Below the pieces are notes generated by a model. The model worked only from the letters and a program-made list of their open reading frames with translations, was not told where the DNA came from and ran no database searches. A stretch of DNA of 64,000 nt from Eledone cirrhosa (taxonomy: Eukaryota), in NCBI GenBank assembly GCA_964016885.1, contig OZ024764.1, positions 18,910,001-18,974,000 on the forward strand, read 5' to 3'. Within the stretch, counting starts at the first letter, position 1, and every line of letters starts with the position of its first letter. Made by a program: the position numbers and the translations under genes. Positions 1 through 13,200 of this stretch are shown one piece after another.

Positions 1-3000
1 AAGTACCCAGTCCACACTGTAAAGTGGTCATGTAGGTGTCATAACAAAAAGTACCCAATCCACACTGTAAAGAGGTCATGTTGGTGTCACAACAAAAAGT
101 ACCCAGTCCACACTGTAAAGTGGTCATGTAGGTGTCACAACAAAAAGTACCCAGTCCACACTGTAAAGTGGTCATGTAGGTGTCACAACAAAAAGTACCC
201 AGTCCACACTGTAAAGTGGTCATGTAGGTGTCACAACAAAAAGTACCCAGTCCACACTGTAAAGTGGTCATGTAGGTGTCACAACAAAATATACCCAGTC
301 CACACTGTAAAGTGGTCATGTAGGTGTCACAACAAAAAGTACCCAGTCCACACTGTAAAGTGGTCATGTAGGTGTCACAACAAAAAGTACCCAATCCACA
401 TTGTAAAGTGGTCATGTAGGTGTCAAAACAAAAAGTACCCAGTCCACCCTGTAAAGTGGTCATATATGTGTCACAACAAAAAGTACCCAGTCCACCCTGT
501 AAAGTGGTCATGTATGTGTCACAACAAAAAGTACCCAGTCCACACTGTAAAGTGGTCATGTATGTGTCACAACAAAAAGTACCCAGTCCACACTGTAAAG
601 TGGTCATGTAGGTGTCACAACAAAAAGTACCCAGTCCACACTGTAAAGTGGTCATGTAGGTGTCACAACAAAAAGTACCCAGTCCACACTGTAAAGTGGT
701 CATGTAGGTGTCACAACAAAAAGTACCCAGTCCACCCTGTAAAGTGGTCATGTAGGTGTCACGACAAAAAGTACCCAGTCCACACTGTAATGTGGTCATG
801 CAGGTTTCACAACAAAAAGTACCCAGTCCACACTGTAAAGTGGTCATGTAGGTGTCACAACAAAAAGTACCCAGTCCACCCTGTAAAGTGTTCATGTATG
901 TGTCACAACAAAAAGTACCCAGTCCACACTGTAAAGTGGTCATGTATGTGTCACAACAAAAAGTACCCAGTCCACACTGTAAAGTGGTCATGTAGGTGTC
1001 ACAACAAAAAGTACCCAGTCCACACTGTAAAGTGGTCATGTAGGTGTCACAACAAAAAGTACCCAGTCCACACTGTAAAGTGGTCATGTAGGTGTCACAA
1101 CAAAAAGTACCCAGTCCACACTGTCAAGTGGTCATGTAGGTGTCACAACAAAAAGTACACAGTCCACACTGTCAAGTGGTCATGTAGGTGTCACAACAAA
1201 AAGTACCTAGTACACACTGTAAAGTGGTCATGTAGCTGTCACAACAAAAAGTACCCAGTCCACACTGTAATGTGGTCATGCAGGTTTCACAACAAAAAGT
1301 ACCCAGTCCACACTGTAAAGTGGTCATGTAGGTGTCACAACAAAAAGTACCCAGTCCACCCTGTAAAGTGGTCATGTAGGTGTCACGACAAAAAGTACCC
1401 AGTCCACACTGTAAAGTGGTCATGTAGGTGTCACAACAAAAAGTACCCAATCCACACTGTAAAGAGGTCATGTTGGTGTCACAACAAAAAGTACCCAGTC
1501 CACACTGTAAAGTGGTCATGTAGGTGTCACAACAAAAAGTACCCAGTCCACACTGTAAAGTGGTCATGTAGGTGTCACAACAAAAAGTACCCAGTCCACA
1601 CTGTAAAGTGGACATGTAGGTGTCATGACAAAAAGTACCCAGTCCACACTGTAAAGTGGTCATGTAGGTGTCACAACAAAAAGTACACAGTCCACACTGT
1701 AAAGTGGTCATGTAGGTGTCACAACAAAAAGCACACAGTCCACACTGTAAAGTGGTCATGTAGGTGTCACAACAAAAAGTACCCAGTCCACACTGTAAAG
1801 TGGTCATGTAGGTGTCACAACAAAAAGTACCCAGTCCACCCTGTAAAGTGGTCATATAGGTGTCACAACAAAAAGTACCCGGTCCACCCTGAAAATGGGT
1901 ATTGTTTGTGTCACAACAAAAAGTACCCAGTCCACACTGTAAAGTGGTCATGTATGTGTCAAAACAAAAAGTACCCAATCCACACTTTAAAGTGGTCATG
2001 TAGTGTCACAACAAAAAGTACCCAGTCCACACTGTAATGTGGTCATGTAGGTGTCACAACAAAAAGTACCCAGTCCACCCTGTAAAGTGGTCATGTAGGT
2101 GTCACGACAAAAAGTACCCAGTCCACACTGTAAAGTGGTCATGTAGGTGTCATAACAAAAAGTACCCAATCCACACTGTAAAGAGGTCATGTTGGTGTCA
2201 CAACAAAAAGTACCCAGTCCACACTGTAAAGTGGTCATGTAGGTGTCACAACAAAAAGTACCCAGTCCACACTGTAAAGTGGTCATGTAGGTGTCACAAC
2301 AAAAAGTACCCAGTCCACACTGTAAAGTGGTCATGTAGGTGTCACAACAAAAAGTACCCAGTCCACACTGTAAAGTGGTCATGTAGGTGTCACAACAAAA
2401 TATACCCAGTCCACACTGTAAAGTGGTCATGTAGGTGTCACAACAAAAAGTACCCAGTCCACACTGTAAAGTGGTCATGTAGGTGTCACAACAAAAAGTA
2501 CCCAATCCACATTGTAAAGTGGTCATGTAGGTGTCAAAACAAAAAGTACCCAGTCCACCCTGTAAAGTGGTCATATATGTGTCACAACAAAAAGTACCCA
2601 GTCCACCCTGTAAAGTGGTCATGTATGTGTCACAACAAAAAGTACCCAGTCCACACTGTAAAGTGGTCATGTATGTGTCACAACAAAAAGTACCCAGTCC
2701 ACACTGTAAAGTGGTCATGTAGGTGTCACAACAAAAAGTACCCAGTCCACACTGTAAAGTGGTCATGTAGGTGTCACAACAAAAAGTACCCAGTCCACAC
2801 TGTAAAGTGGTCATGTAGGTGTCACAACAAAAAGTACCCAGTCCACCCTGTAAAGTGGTCATGTAGGTGTCACAACAAAAAGTACCCAGTCCACACTGTA
2901 ATGTGGTCATGCAGGTTTCACAACAAAAAGTACCCAGTCCACACTGTAAAGTGGTCATGTAGGTGTCACAACAAAAAGTACCCAGTCCACCCTGTAAAGT

Positions 3001-4450
3001 GTTCATGTATGTGTCACAACAAAAAGTACCCAGTCCACACTGTAAAGTGGTCATGTATGTGACACAACAAAAAGTACCCAGTCCACACTGTAAAGTGGTC
3101 ATGTAGGTGTCACAACAAAAAGTACCCAGTCCACACTGTAAAGTGGTCATGTAGGTGTCACAACAAAAAGTACCCAGTCCACACTGTAAAGTGGTCATGT
3201 AGGTGTCACAACAAAAAGTACCCAGTCCACACTGTCAAGTGGTCATGTAGGTGTCACAACAAAAAGTACCTAGTCCACACTGTAAAGTGGTCATGTAGCT
3301 GTCACAACAAAAAGTACCCAGTCCACACTGTAATGTGGTCATGCAGGTTTCACAACAAAAAGTACCCAGTCCACACTGTAAAGTGGTCATGTAGGTGTCA
3401 CAACAAAAAGTACCCAGTCCACCCTGTAAAGTGGTCATGTAGGTGTCACGACAAAAAGTACCCAGTCCACACTGTAAAGTGGTCATGTAGGTGTCACAAC
3501 AAAAAGTACCCAATCCACACTGTAAAGAGGTCATGTTGGTGTCACAACAAAAAGTACCCAGTCCACACTGTAAAGTGGTCATGTAGGTGTCACAACAAAA
3601 AGTACCCAGTCCACACTGTAAAGTGGTCATGTAGGTGTCACAACAAAAAGTACCCAGTCCACACTGTAAAGTGGTCATGTAGGTGTCACAACAAAAAGTA
3701 CCCAGTCCACACTGTCAAGTGGTCATGTAGGTGTCACAACAAAAAGTACCCAATCCACACTGTAAAGTGGTCATGTAGGTGTCACAACAAAAAAGTACCC
3801 AGTCCACACTGTAAAGTGGACATGTAGGTGTCATGACAAAAAGTACCCAGTCCACACTGTAAAGTGGTCATGTAGGTGTCACAACAAAAAGTACACAGTC
3901 CACACTGTAAAGTGGTCATGTAGGTGTCACAACAAAAAGTACCTAGTCCACACTGTAAAGTGGTCATGTAGGTGTCACAACAAAAAGTACCCAGTCCACA
4001 CTGTAAAGTGGCCATGTAGGTGTCACAACAAAATATACCCAGTCCACACTGTAAAGTGGTCATGTAGGTGTCACAACAAAAAGTACCCAGTCCACACTGT
4101 AAAGTGGTCATGTAGGTGTCACAACAAAAAGTACCCAGTCCACACTGTAAAGTGGTCATGTAGGTGTCACAACAAAAAGTACCCAGTCCACCCTGTAAAG
4201 TGGTCATATAGGTGTCACAACAAAAAGTACCCGGTCCACCCTGAAAATGGGTATTGTTTGTGTCACAACAAAAAGTACCCAGTCCACACTGTAAAGTGGT
4301 CATGTATGTGTCACAACAAAAAGTACCCAATCCACACTTTAAAGTGGTCATGTAGTGTCACAACAAAAAGTACCCAGTCCACACTGTAATGTGGTCATGT
4401 AGGTGTCACAACAAAAAGTACCCAGTCCACCCTGTAAAGTGGTCATGTAG
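1..4450. repeat. Higher-order duplication, offset 2111 bp (44 monomers minus 1 bp) drifting to 2352 bp (49 monomers)
   Basis: The variant order at 1-600 (cataac, cccaatc+gaggtcatgttgg, aaatatac, cacattg, gtcaaaac) recurs from 2112. Identical 63-aa ORFs start at 420 and 2531. The divergent ggtccaccctgaaaatgggtattg monomer occurs at 1881 and 4233. Confidence 0.85.
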
Positions 4451-7400
4451 GTGTCACGACAAAAAGTACCCAGTCCACCCTGTAAAGTGGTCATGTAGGT
4501 GTCACGACAAAAAGTACCCAATCCACACTGTAAAGAGGTCATGTTGGTGACACAACAAAAAGTACCCAGTCCACACTGTAAAGTGGTCATGTAGGTGTCA
4601 CAACAAAAAGTACCCAGTCCACACTGTAAAGTGGTCATGTAGGTGTCACAACAAAAAGTACCTAGTCCACACTGTAAAGTGGTCATGTAGGTGTCACAAC
4701 AAAAAGTACCCAGTCCACACTGTAAAGTGGTCATGTAGGTGTCACAACAAAATATACCCAGTCCACACTGTAAAGTGGTCATGTAGGTGTCACAACAAAA
4801 AGTACCCAGTCCACACTGTAAAGTGGTCATGTAGGTGTCACAACAAAAAGTACCCAATCCACACTGTAAAGTGGTCATGTAGGTGTCACAACAAAAAGTA
4901 CCCAGTCCACCCTGTAAAGTGGTCATATATGTGTCACAACAAAAAGTACCCAGTCCACCCTGTAAAGTGGTCATGTATGTGTCACAAGAAAAAGTACCCA
5001 GTCCACACTGTAAAGTGGTCATGTAGGTGTCACAACAAAAAGTACCCAGTCCACACTGTAAAGTGGTCATGTAGGTGTCACAACAAAAAGTACTCAGTCC
5101 ACACTGTAAAGTGGTCATGTAGGTGTCACAACAAAAAGTACCCAGTCCACACTGTAAAGTGGTCATGTAGGTGTCACAACAAAAAGTACCCAGTCCACAC
5201 TGTCAAGTGGTCATGTAGGTGTCACAACAAAAAGTACCTAGTCCACACTGTAAAGTGGTCATGTAGCTGTCACAACAAAAAGTACCCAGTCCACACTGTA
5301 ATGTGGTCATGCAGGTTTCACAACAAAAAGTACCCAGTCCACACTGTAAAGTGGTCATGTAGGTGTCACAACAAAAAGTACCCAGTCCACCCTGTAAAGT
5401 GGTCATGTAGGTGTCACAACAAAAAGTACCCAATCCACACTGTAAAGAGGTCATGTTGGTGTCACAACAAAAATTACCCAGTCCACACTGTAAAGTGGTC
5501 ATGTAGGTGTCATGACAAAAAGTACCCAGTCCACACTGTAAAGTGGTCATGTAGGTGTCACAACAAAAAGTACCCAGTCCACACTGTAAAGTGGTCATGT
5601 AGGTGTCACAACAAAAAGTACCCAGTCCACACTGTCAAGTGGTCATGTAGGTGTCACAACAAAAAGTACCCAATCCACACTGTAAAGTGGTCATGTAGGT
5701 GTCACAACAAAAAGTACCCAGTCCACCCTGTAAAGTGGTCATATATGTGTCACAACAAAAAGTACCCAGTCCACCCTGTAAAGTGGTCATGTATGTGTCA
5801 CAACAAAAAGTACCCAGTCCACACTGTAAAGTGGTCATGTATGTGTCACAACAAAAAGTACCCAGTCCACACTGTAAAGTGGTCATGTAGGTGTCACAAC
5901 AAAAAGTACCCAGTCCACACTGTAAAGTGGTCATGTAGGTGTCACAACAAAAAGTACCCAGTCCACACTGTAAAGTGGTCATGTAGGTGTCACAACAAAA
6001 AGTACCCAGTCCACACTGTAAAGTGGTCATGTAGGTGTCACAACAAAATATACCCAGTCCACACTGTAAAGTGGTCATGTAGGTGTCACAACAAAAAGTA
6101 CCCAGTCCACACTGTAAAGTGGTCATGTAGGTGTCACAACAAAAAGTACCCAGTCCACACTGTAAAGTGGTCATGTAGGTGTCACAACAAAAAGTACCCA
6201 GTCCACACTGTAAAGTGGTCATGTAGGTGTCACAACAAAAAGTACCCAGTCCACCCTGTAAAGTGGTCATATATGTGTCACAACAAAAAGTACCCAGTCC
6301 AGCCTGTAAAGAGGTCATGTATGTGTCACAACAAAAACTACCCAGTCCACACTGTAAAGTGGTCATGTATGTGTGACAACAAAAAGTACCCAGTCCACAC
6401 TGTAAAGTGGTCATGTAGGTGTCACAACAAAAAGTACCCAGTCCACACTGTAAAGTGGTCATGTAGGTGTCACAACAAAATGTAGCCAGTCCACACTGTA
6501 AAGTTGTCATGTAGGTGTCATAACAAAAAGTACCCAGTCCACACTGTAAAGTGGTCAGGTAGGTGTCACAACAAAAAGTACCCAGTTCACACTGTAAAGT
6601 GGTCATGTAGGTGTCACAACAAAAAGTACCCAGTCCACACTGTAAAGTGGTCATGTAGGTGTCACAACAAAATGTAGCCAGTCCACACTGTAAAGTTGTC
6701 ATGTAGGTGTCATAACAAAAAGTACCCAGTCCACACTGTAAAGTGGTCAGGTAGGTGTCACAACAAAAAGTACCCAGTTCACACTGTAAAGTGGTCATGT
6801 AGGTGTCACAACAAAAAGTACCCAGTCCACACTGTAAAGTGGTCATGTAGGTGTCACAACAAAAAGTACCCAGTCCACACTGTCAAGTGGTCATGTAGGT
6901 GTCACAACAAAAAGTACCTAGTCCACACTGTAAAGTGGTCATGTAGCTGTCACAACAAAAAGTACCCAGTCCACACTGTAATGTGGTCATGCAGGTTTCA
7001 CAACAAAAAGTACCCAGTCCACACTGTAAAGTGGTCATGTAGGTGTCACAACAAAAAGTACCCAGTCCACCCTGTAAAGTGGTCATGTAGGTGTCACGAC
7101 AAAAAGTACCCAGTCCACACTGTAAAGTGGTCATGTAGGTGTCACAACAAAAAGTACCCAATCCACACTGTAAAGAGGTCATGTTGGTGTCACAACAAAA
7201 AGTACCCAGTCCACACTGTAAAGTGGTCATGTAGGTGTCACAACAAAAAGTACCCAGTCCACACTATAAAGTGGTCATGTAGGTGTCACAACAAAAAGTA
7301 CCCAGTCCACACTGTAAAGTGGTCATGTAGGTGTCACAACAAAAAGTACCCAGTCCACACTGTCAAGTGGTCATGTAGGTGTCACAACAAAAAGTACCCA

Positions 7401-10270
7401 ATCCACACTGTAAAGTGGTCATGTAGGTGTCACAACAAAAAGTACCCAGTCCACACTGTAAAGTGGACATGTAGGTGTCATGACAAAAAGTACCCAGTCC
7501 ACACTGTAAAGTGGTCATGTAGGTGTCACAACAAAAAGTACACAGTCCACACTGTAAAGTGGTCATGTAGGTGTCACAACAAAAAGTACCTAGTCCACAC
7601 TGTAAAGTGGTCATGTAGGTGTCACAACAAAAAGTACCCAGTCCACACTGTAAAGTGGCCATGTAGGTGTCACAACAAAATATACCCAGTCCACACTGTA
7701 AAGTGGTCATGTAGGTGTCACAACAAAAAGTACCCAGTCCACACTGTAAAGTGGTCATGTAGGTGTCACAACAAAAAGTACCCAGTCCACACTGTAAAGT
7801 GGTCATGTAGGTGTCACAACAAAAAGTACCCAGTCCACCCTGTAAAGTGGTCATATAGGTGTCACAACAAAAAGTACCCGGTCCACCCTGAAAATGGGTA
7901 TTGTTTGTGTCACAACAAAAAGTACCCAGTCCACACTGTAAAGTGGTCATGTATGTGTCACAACAAAAAGTACCCAATCCACACTTTAAAGTGGTCATGT
8001 AGTGTCACAACAAAAAGTACCCAGTCCACACTGTAATGTGGTCATGTAGGTGTCACAACAAAAAGTACCCAGTCCACCCTGTAAAGTGGTCATGTAGGTG
8101 TCACGACAAAAAGTACCCAGTCCACACTGTAAAGTGGTCATGTAGGTGTCATAACAAAAAGCACCCAGTCCACACTGTAAAGAGGTCATGTTGGTGACAC
8201 AACAAAAAGTACCCAGTCCACACTGTAAAGTGGTCATGTAGGTGTCACAACAAAAAGTACCCAGTCCACACTGTAAAGTGGTCATGTAGGTGTCACAACA
8301 AAAAGTACCTAGTCCACACTGTAAAGTGGTCATGTAGGTGTCACAACAAAAAGTACCCAGTCCACACTGTAAAGTGGTCATGTAGGTGTCACAACAAAAT
8401 ATACCCAGTCCACACTGTAAAGTGGTCATGTAGGTGTCACAACAAAAAGTACCCAGTCCACACTGTAAAGTGGTCATGTAGGTGTCACAACAAAAAGTAC
8501 CCAATCCACACTGTAAAGTGGTCATGTAGGTGACACAACAAAAAGTACCCAGTCCACCCTGTAAAGTGCTCATATATGTGTCACAACAAAAAGTACCCAG
8601 TCCACCCTGTAAAGTGGTCATGTATGTGTCACAACAAAAAGTACCCAGTCCACACTGTAAAGTGGTCATGTATGTGTCACAACAAAAAGTACCCAGTCCA
8701 CACTGTAAAGTGGTCATGTAGGTGTCACAACAAAAAGTACTCAGTCCACACTGTAAAGTGGTCATGTAGGTGTCACAACAAAAAGTACCCAGTCCACACT
8801 GTAAAGTGGTCATGTAGGTGTCACAACAAAAAGTACCCAGTCCACACTGTCAAGTGGTCATGTAGGTGTCACAACAAAAAGTACCTAGTCCACACTGTAA
8901 AGTGGTCATGTAGCTGTCACAACAAAAAGTACCCAGTCCACACTGTAATGTGGTCATGCAGGTTTCACAACAAAAAGTACCCAGTCCACACTGTAAAGTG
9001 GTCATGTAGGTGTCACAACAAAAAGTACCCAGTCCACCCTGTAAAGTGGTCATGTAGGTGTCACGACAAAAAGTACCCAGTCCACACTGTAAAGTGGTCA
9101 TGTAGGTGTCACAACAAAAAGTACCCAATCCACACTGTAAAGAGGTCATGTTGGTGTCACAACAAAAAGTACCCAGTCCACACTGTAAAGTGGTCATGTA
9201 GGTGTCACAACAAAAAGTACCCAGTCCACACTGTAAAGTGGTCATGTAGGTGTCACAACAAAAAGTACCCAGTCCACACTGTAAAGTGGTCATGTAGGTG
9301 TCACAACAAAAAGTACCCAGTCCACACTGTCAAGTGGTCATGTAGGTGTCACAACAAAAAGTACCCAATCCACACTTTAAAGTGGTCATGTAGGTGTCAC
9401 AACAAAAAGTACCCAGTCCACCCTGTAAAGTGGTCATATATGTGTCACAACAAAAAGTACCCAGTCCACCCTGTAAAGTGGTCATGTATGTGTCACAACA
9501 AAAAGTACCCAGTCCACACTGTAAAGTGGTCATGTATGTGTCACAACAAAAAGTACCCAGTCCACACTGTAAAGTGGTCATGTAGGTGTCACAACAAAAA
9601 GTACCCAGTCCACACTGTAAAGTGGTCATGTAGGTGTCACAACAAAAAGTACCCAGTCCACACTGTAAAGTGGTCATGTAGGTGTCACAACAAAAAGTAC
9701 CCAGTCCACACTGTAAAGTGGTCATGTAGGTGTCACAACAAAATATACCCAGTCCACACTGTAAAGTGGTCATGTAGGTTTCACAACAAAAAGTACCCAG
9801 TCCACACTGTAAAGTGGTCATGTAGGTGTCACAACAAAAAGTACCCAGTCCACACTGTAAAGTGGTCATGTAGGTGTCACAACAAAAAGTACCCAGTCCA
9901 CCCTGTAAAGTGGTCATATATGTGTCACAACAAAAAGTACCCAGTCCACCCTGTAAAGAGGTCATGTATGTGTCACAACAAAAACTACCCAGTCCACACT
10001 GTAAAGTGGTCATGTATGTGTGACAACAAAAAGTACCCAGTCCACACTGTAAAGTGGTCATGTAGGTGTCACAACAAAAAGTACCCAGTCCACACTGTAA
10101 AGTGGTCATGTAGGTGTCACAACAAAATGTAGCCAGTCCACACTGTAAAGTTGTCATGTAGGTGTCATAACAAAAAGTACCCAGTCCACACTGTAAAGTG
10201 GTCAGGTAGGTGTCACAACAAAAAGTACCCAGTTCACACTGTAAAGTGGTCATGTAGGTGTCACAACAAA
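3190..10270. repeat. Tandem higher-order duplication, offset about 3647 bp (76 monomers minus 1 bp)
   Basis: ORF landmarks shift by 3647-3648 bp (3235/6883, 4348/7995, 4929/8576, stops at 6485/10132). The divergent monomer is at 4233 and 7880. Confidence 0.85.
6470..6850. repeat. Local 192-bp (4-monomer) tandem duplication
   Basis: The rare variant run tgtagccag, aagttgtc, caggtagg, cagttcac starts at 6481 and again at 6673. Confidence 0.85.
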
Positions 10271-13200
10271 AATTACCCAGCCCGCACTGTAAAGTGGTCA
10301 GGTAGGTATCATGACAAAAAGTACCCAGTCCACACTGTAAAGTGGTCATGTAGGTATCATGACAAAAAGTACCCAGTCCACACTGTAAAGTGGTCATGTA
10401 GGTGTCACAACAAACAACACCCAGTCCACACTGTAAAGTGGTCATGTATGTGTCACAACAAAAAGTGCCCAGTCCACACTGTAAAGCGGTCATGTATGTG
10501 TCACAACAAAAGGTACCCAGTCCACACTGTAAAGTGGTCATGTAGGTGTCACAACAAAAAGTACCCAGTCCACACTGTAAAGTGGTCATGTAGGTGTCAC
10601 AACAAAAAGTACCCAGTCCACACTGTAAAGTTGTCATGTAGGTGTCATAACAAAAAGTACCCAGTCAACACTGTAAAGTGGTCAGGTAGGTGTCACAACA
10701 AAAAGTACCCAGTCCACACTGTAAAGTGGTCATGTAGGTGTCACAACAAAAAGTACCCAGTCCACACTGTAAAGTGGTCAGGTAGGTATCATGACAAAAA
10801 GTACCCAGTCCACACTGTAAAGTGGTCATGTAGGTGTCACAACAAAATATACCCAGTCCACACTGTAAAGTGGTCATGTAGGTGTCACAACAAAAAGTAC
10901 CCAGTCCACACTGTAAAGTGGTCATGTAGGTGTCACAACAAAAAGTACCCAGTCCACACTGTAAAGTGGTCATGTAGGTGTCACAACAAAAAGTACCCAG
11001 TCCACCCTGTAAAGTGGTCATATATGTGTCACAACAAAAAGTACCCAGTCCACACTGTAAAGTGGTCATGTAGGTGTCACAACAAAAAGTACCCAGTCCA
11101 CACTGTAAAGTGGTCATGTAGGTGTCACAACAAAAAGTACCCAGTCCACACTGTAAAGTGGTCATGTAGGTGTCACAACAAACAACACCCAGTCCACACT
11201 GTAAAGTGGTCATGTAGGTGTCACGACAAAAAGTACCCAGTCCACCTCTGTAAAGTGGTCATGTAGGTTTCACAACAAAAAGTACCAAGTCCACCCTGTA
11301 AAGTGGTCATGTAGGTGTCACGACAAAAAGTACCCAGTCCACACTGTAAAGTGGTCATGTAGGTGTCACAACAAAAAGTACCCAGTCCACACTGTAAAGT
11401 GGTCATGTAGGTGTCACAACAAAAAGTACCCAGTCCACACTGTAAAGTGGTCATGTAGGTGTCACAACAAAATATACCCAGTCCACACTGTAAAGTGGTC
11501 ATGTAGGTGTCACAACAAAAATTACCCAGTCCACACTGTAAAGTGGTCATGTAGGTGTCACAACAAAAAGTACCCAGTCCACACTGTAAAGTGGTCATGT
11601 AGGTGTCACAACAAAAAGTACCCAGTCCACCCTGTAAAGTGGTCATATATGTGTTACAACAAAAAGTACCCAGTCCACCCTGTAAAGTGGTCATGTATGT
11701 GTCACAACAAAAAGTACCCAGTCCACACTGTAAAGTGGTCATGTATGTGTCACAACAAAAACTACCCAGTCCACACTGTAAAGTGGTCATGTAGGTATCA
11801 TGACAAAAAGTACCCAGTCCACACTGTAAAGTGGTCATGTAGGTGTCACAACAAAAAGTACCCAGTCCACACTGTAAAGTGGTCATGTAGGTGTCACAAC
11901 AAAAAGTACCCAGTCCACACTGTAAAGTGGTCAGGTAGGTATCATGACAAAAAGTACCCAGTCCACACTGTAAAGTGGTCATGTAGGTATCATGACAAAA
12001 AGTACCCAGTCCACACTGTAAAGTGGTCATGTAGGTGTCACAACAAAAAGTACCCAGTGCACCCTGTAAAGTGGTCATATAGGTGTCACAACAAAAAGTA
12101 CCCAGTCCACTCTGTAAAGTGGTCATGTATGTGTCACAACAAAAAGTACCCAGTCCACACTGTAAAGTGGTCATGTAGGTGTCACAACAAAAAGTACCCA
12201 ATCCACACTGTAAAGAGGTCATGTTGGTGTCACAACAAAAAGTACCCAGTCCACACTGTAAAGTGGTCATGTAGGTGACACAACAAAAAGTACCCAGTCC
12301 ACCCTGTAAAGTGGTCATATATGTGTCACAACAAAAAGTACCCAGTCCACCCTGTAAAGTGGTCATGTATGTGTCACAACAAAAAGTACCCAGTCCACAC
12401 TGTAAAGTGGTCATGTATGTGTCACAACAAAAAGTACCCAGTCCACACTGTAAAGTGGTCATGTAGGTGTCACAACAAAAAGTACTCAGTCCACACTGTA
12501 AAGTGGTCATGTAGGTGTCACAACAAAAAGTACCCAGTCCACACTGTAAAGTGGTCATGTAGGTGTCACAACAAAAAGTACCCAGTCCACACTGTCAAGT
12601 GGTCATGTAGGTGTCACAACAAAAAGTACCTAGTCCACACTGTAAAGTGGTCATGTAGCTGTCACAACAAAAAGTACCCAGTCCACACTGTAATGTGGTC
12701 ATGCAGGTTTCACAACAAAAAGTACCCAGTCCACACTGTAAAGTGGTCATGTAGGTGTCACAACAAAAAGTACCCAGTCCACCCTGTAAAGTGGTCATGT
12801 AGGTGTCACGACAAAAAGTACCCAGTCCACACTGTAAAGTGGTCATGTAGGTGTCACAACAAAAAGTACCCAATCCACACTGTAAAGAGGTCATGTTGGT
12901 GTCACAACAAAAAGTACCCAGTCCACACTGTAAAGTGGTCATGTAGGTGTCACAACAAAAAGTACCCAGTCCACACTGTAAAGTGGTCATGTAGGTGTCA
13001 CAACAAAAAGTACCCAGTCCACACTGTAAAGTGGTCATGTAGGTGTCACAACAAAAAGTACCCAGTCCACACTGTCAAGTGGTCATGTAGGTGTCACAAC
13101 AAAAAGTACCCAATCCACACTTTAAAGTGGTCATGTAGGTGTCACAACAAAAAGTACCCAGTCCACCCTGTAAAGTGGTCATATATGTGTCACAACAAAA

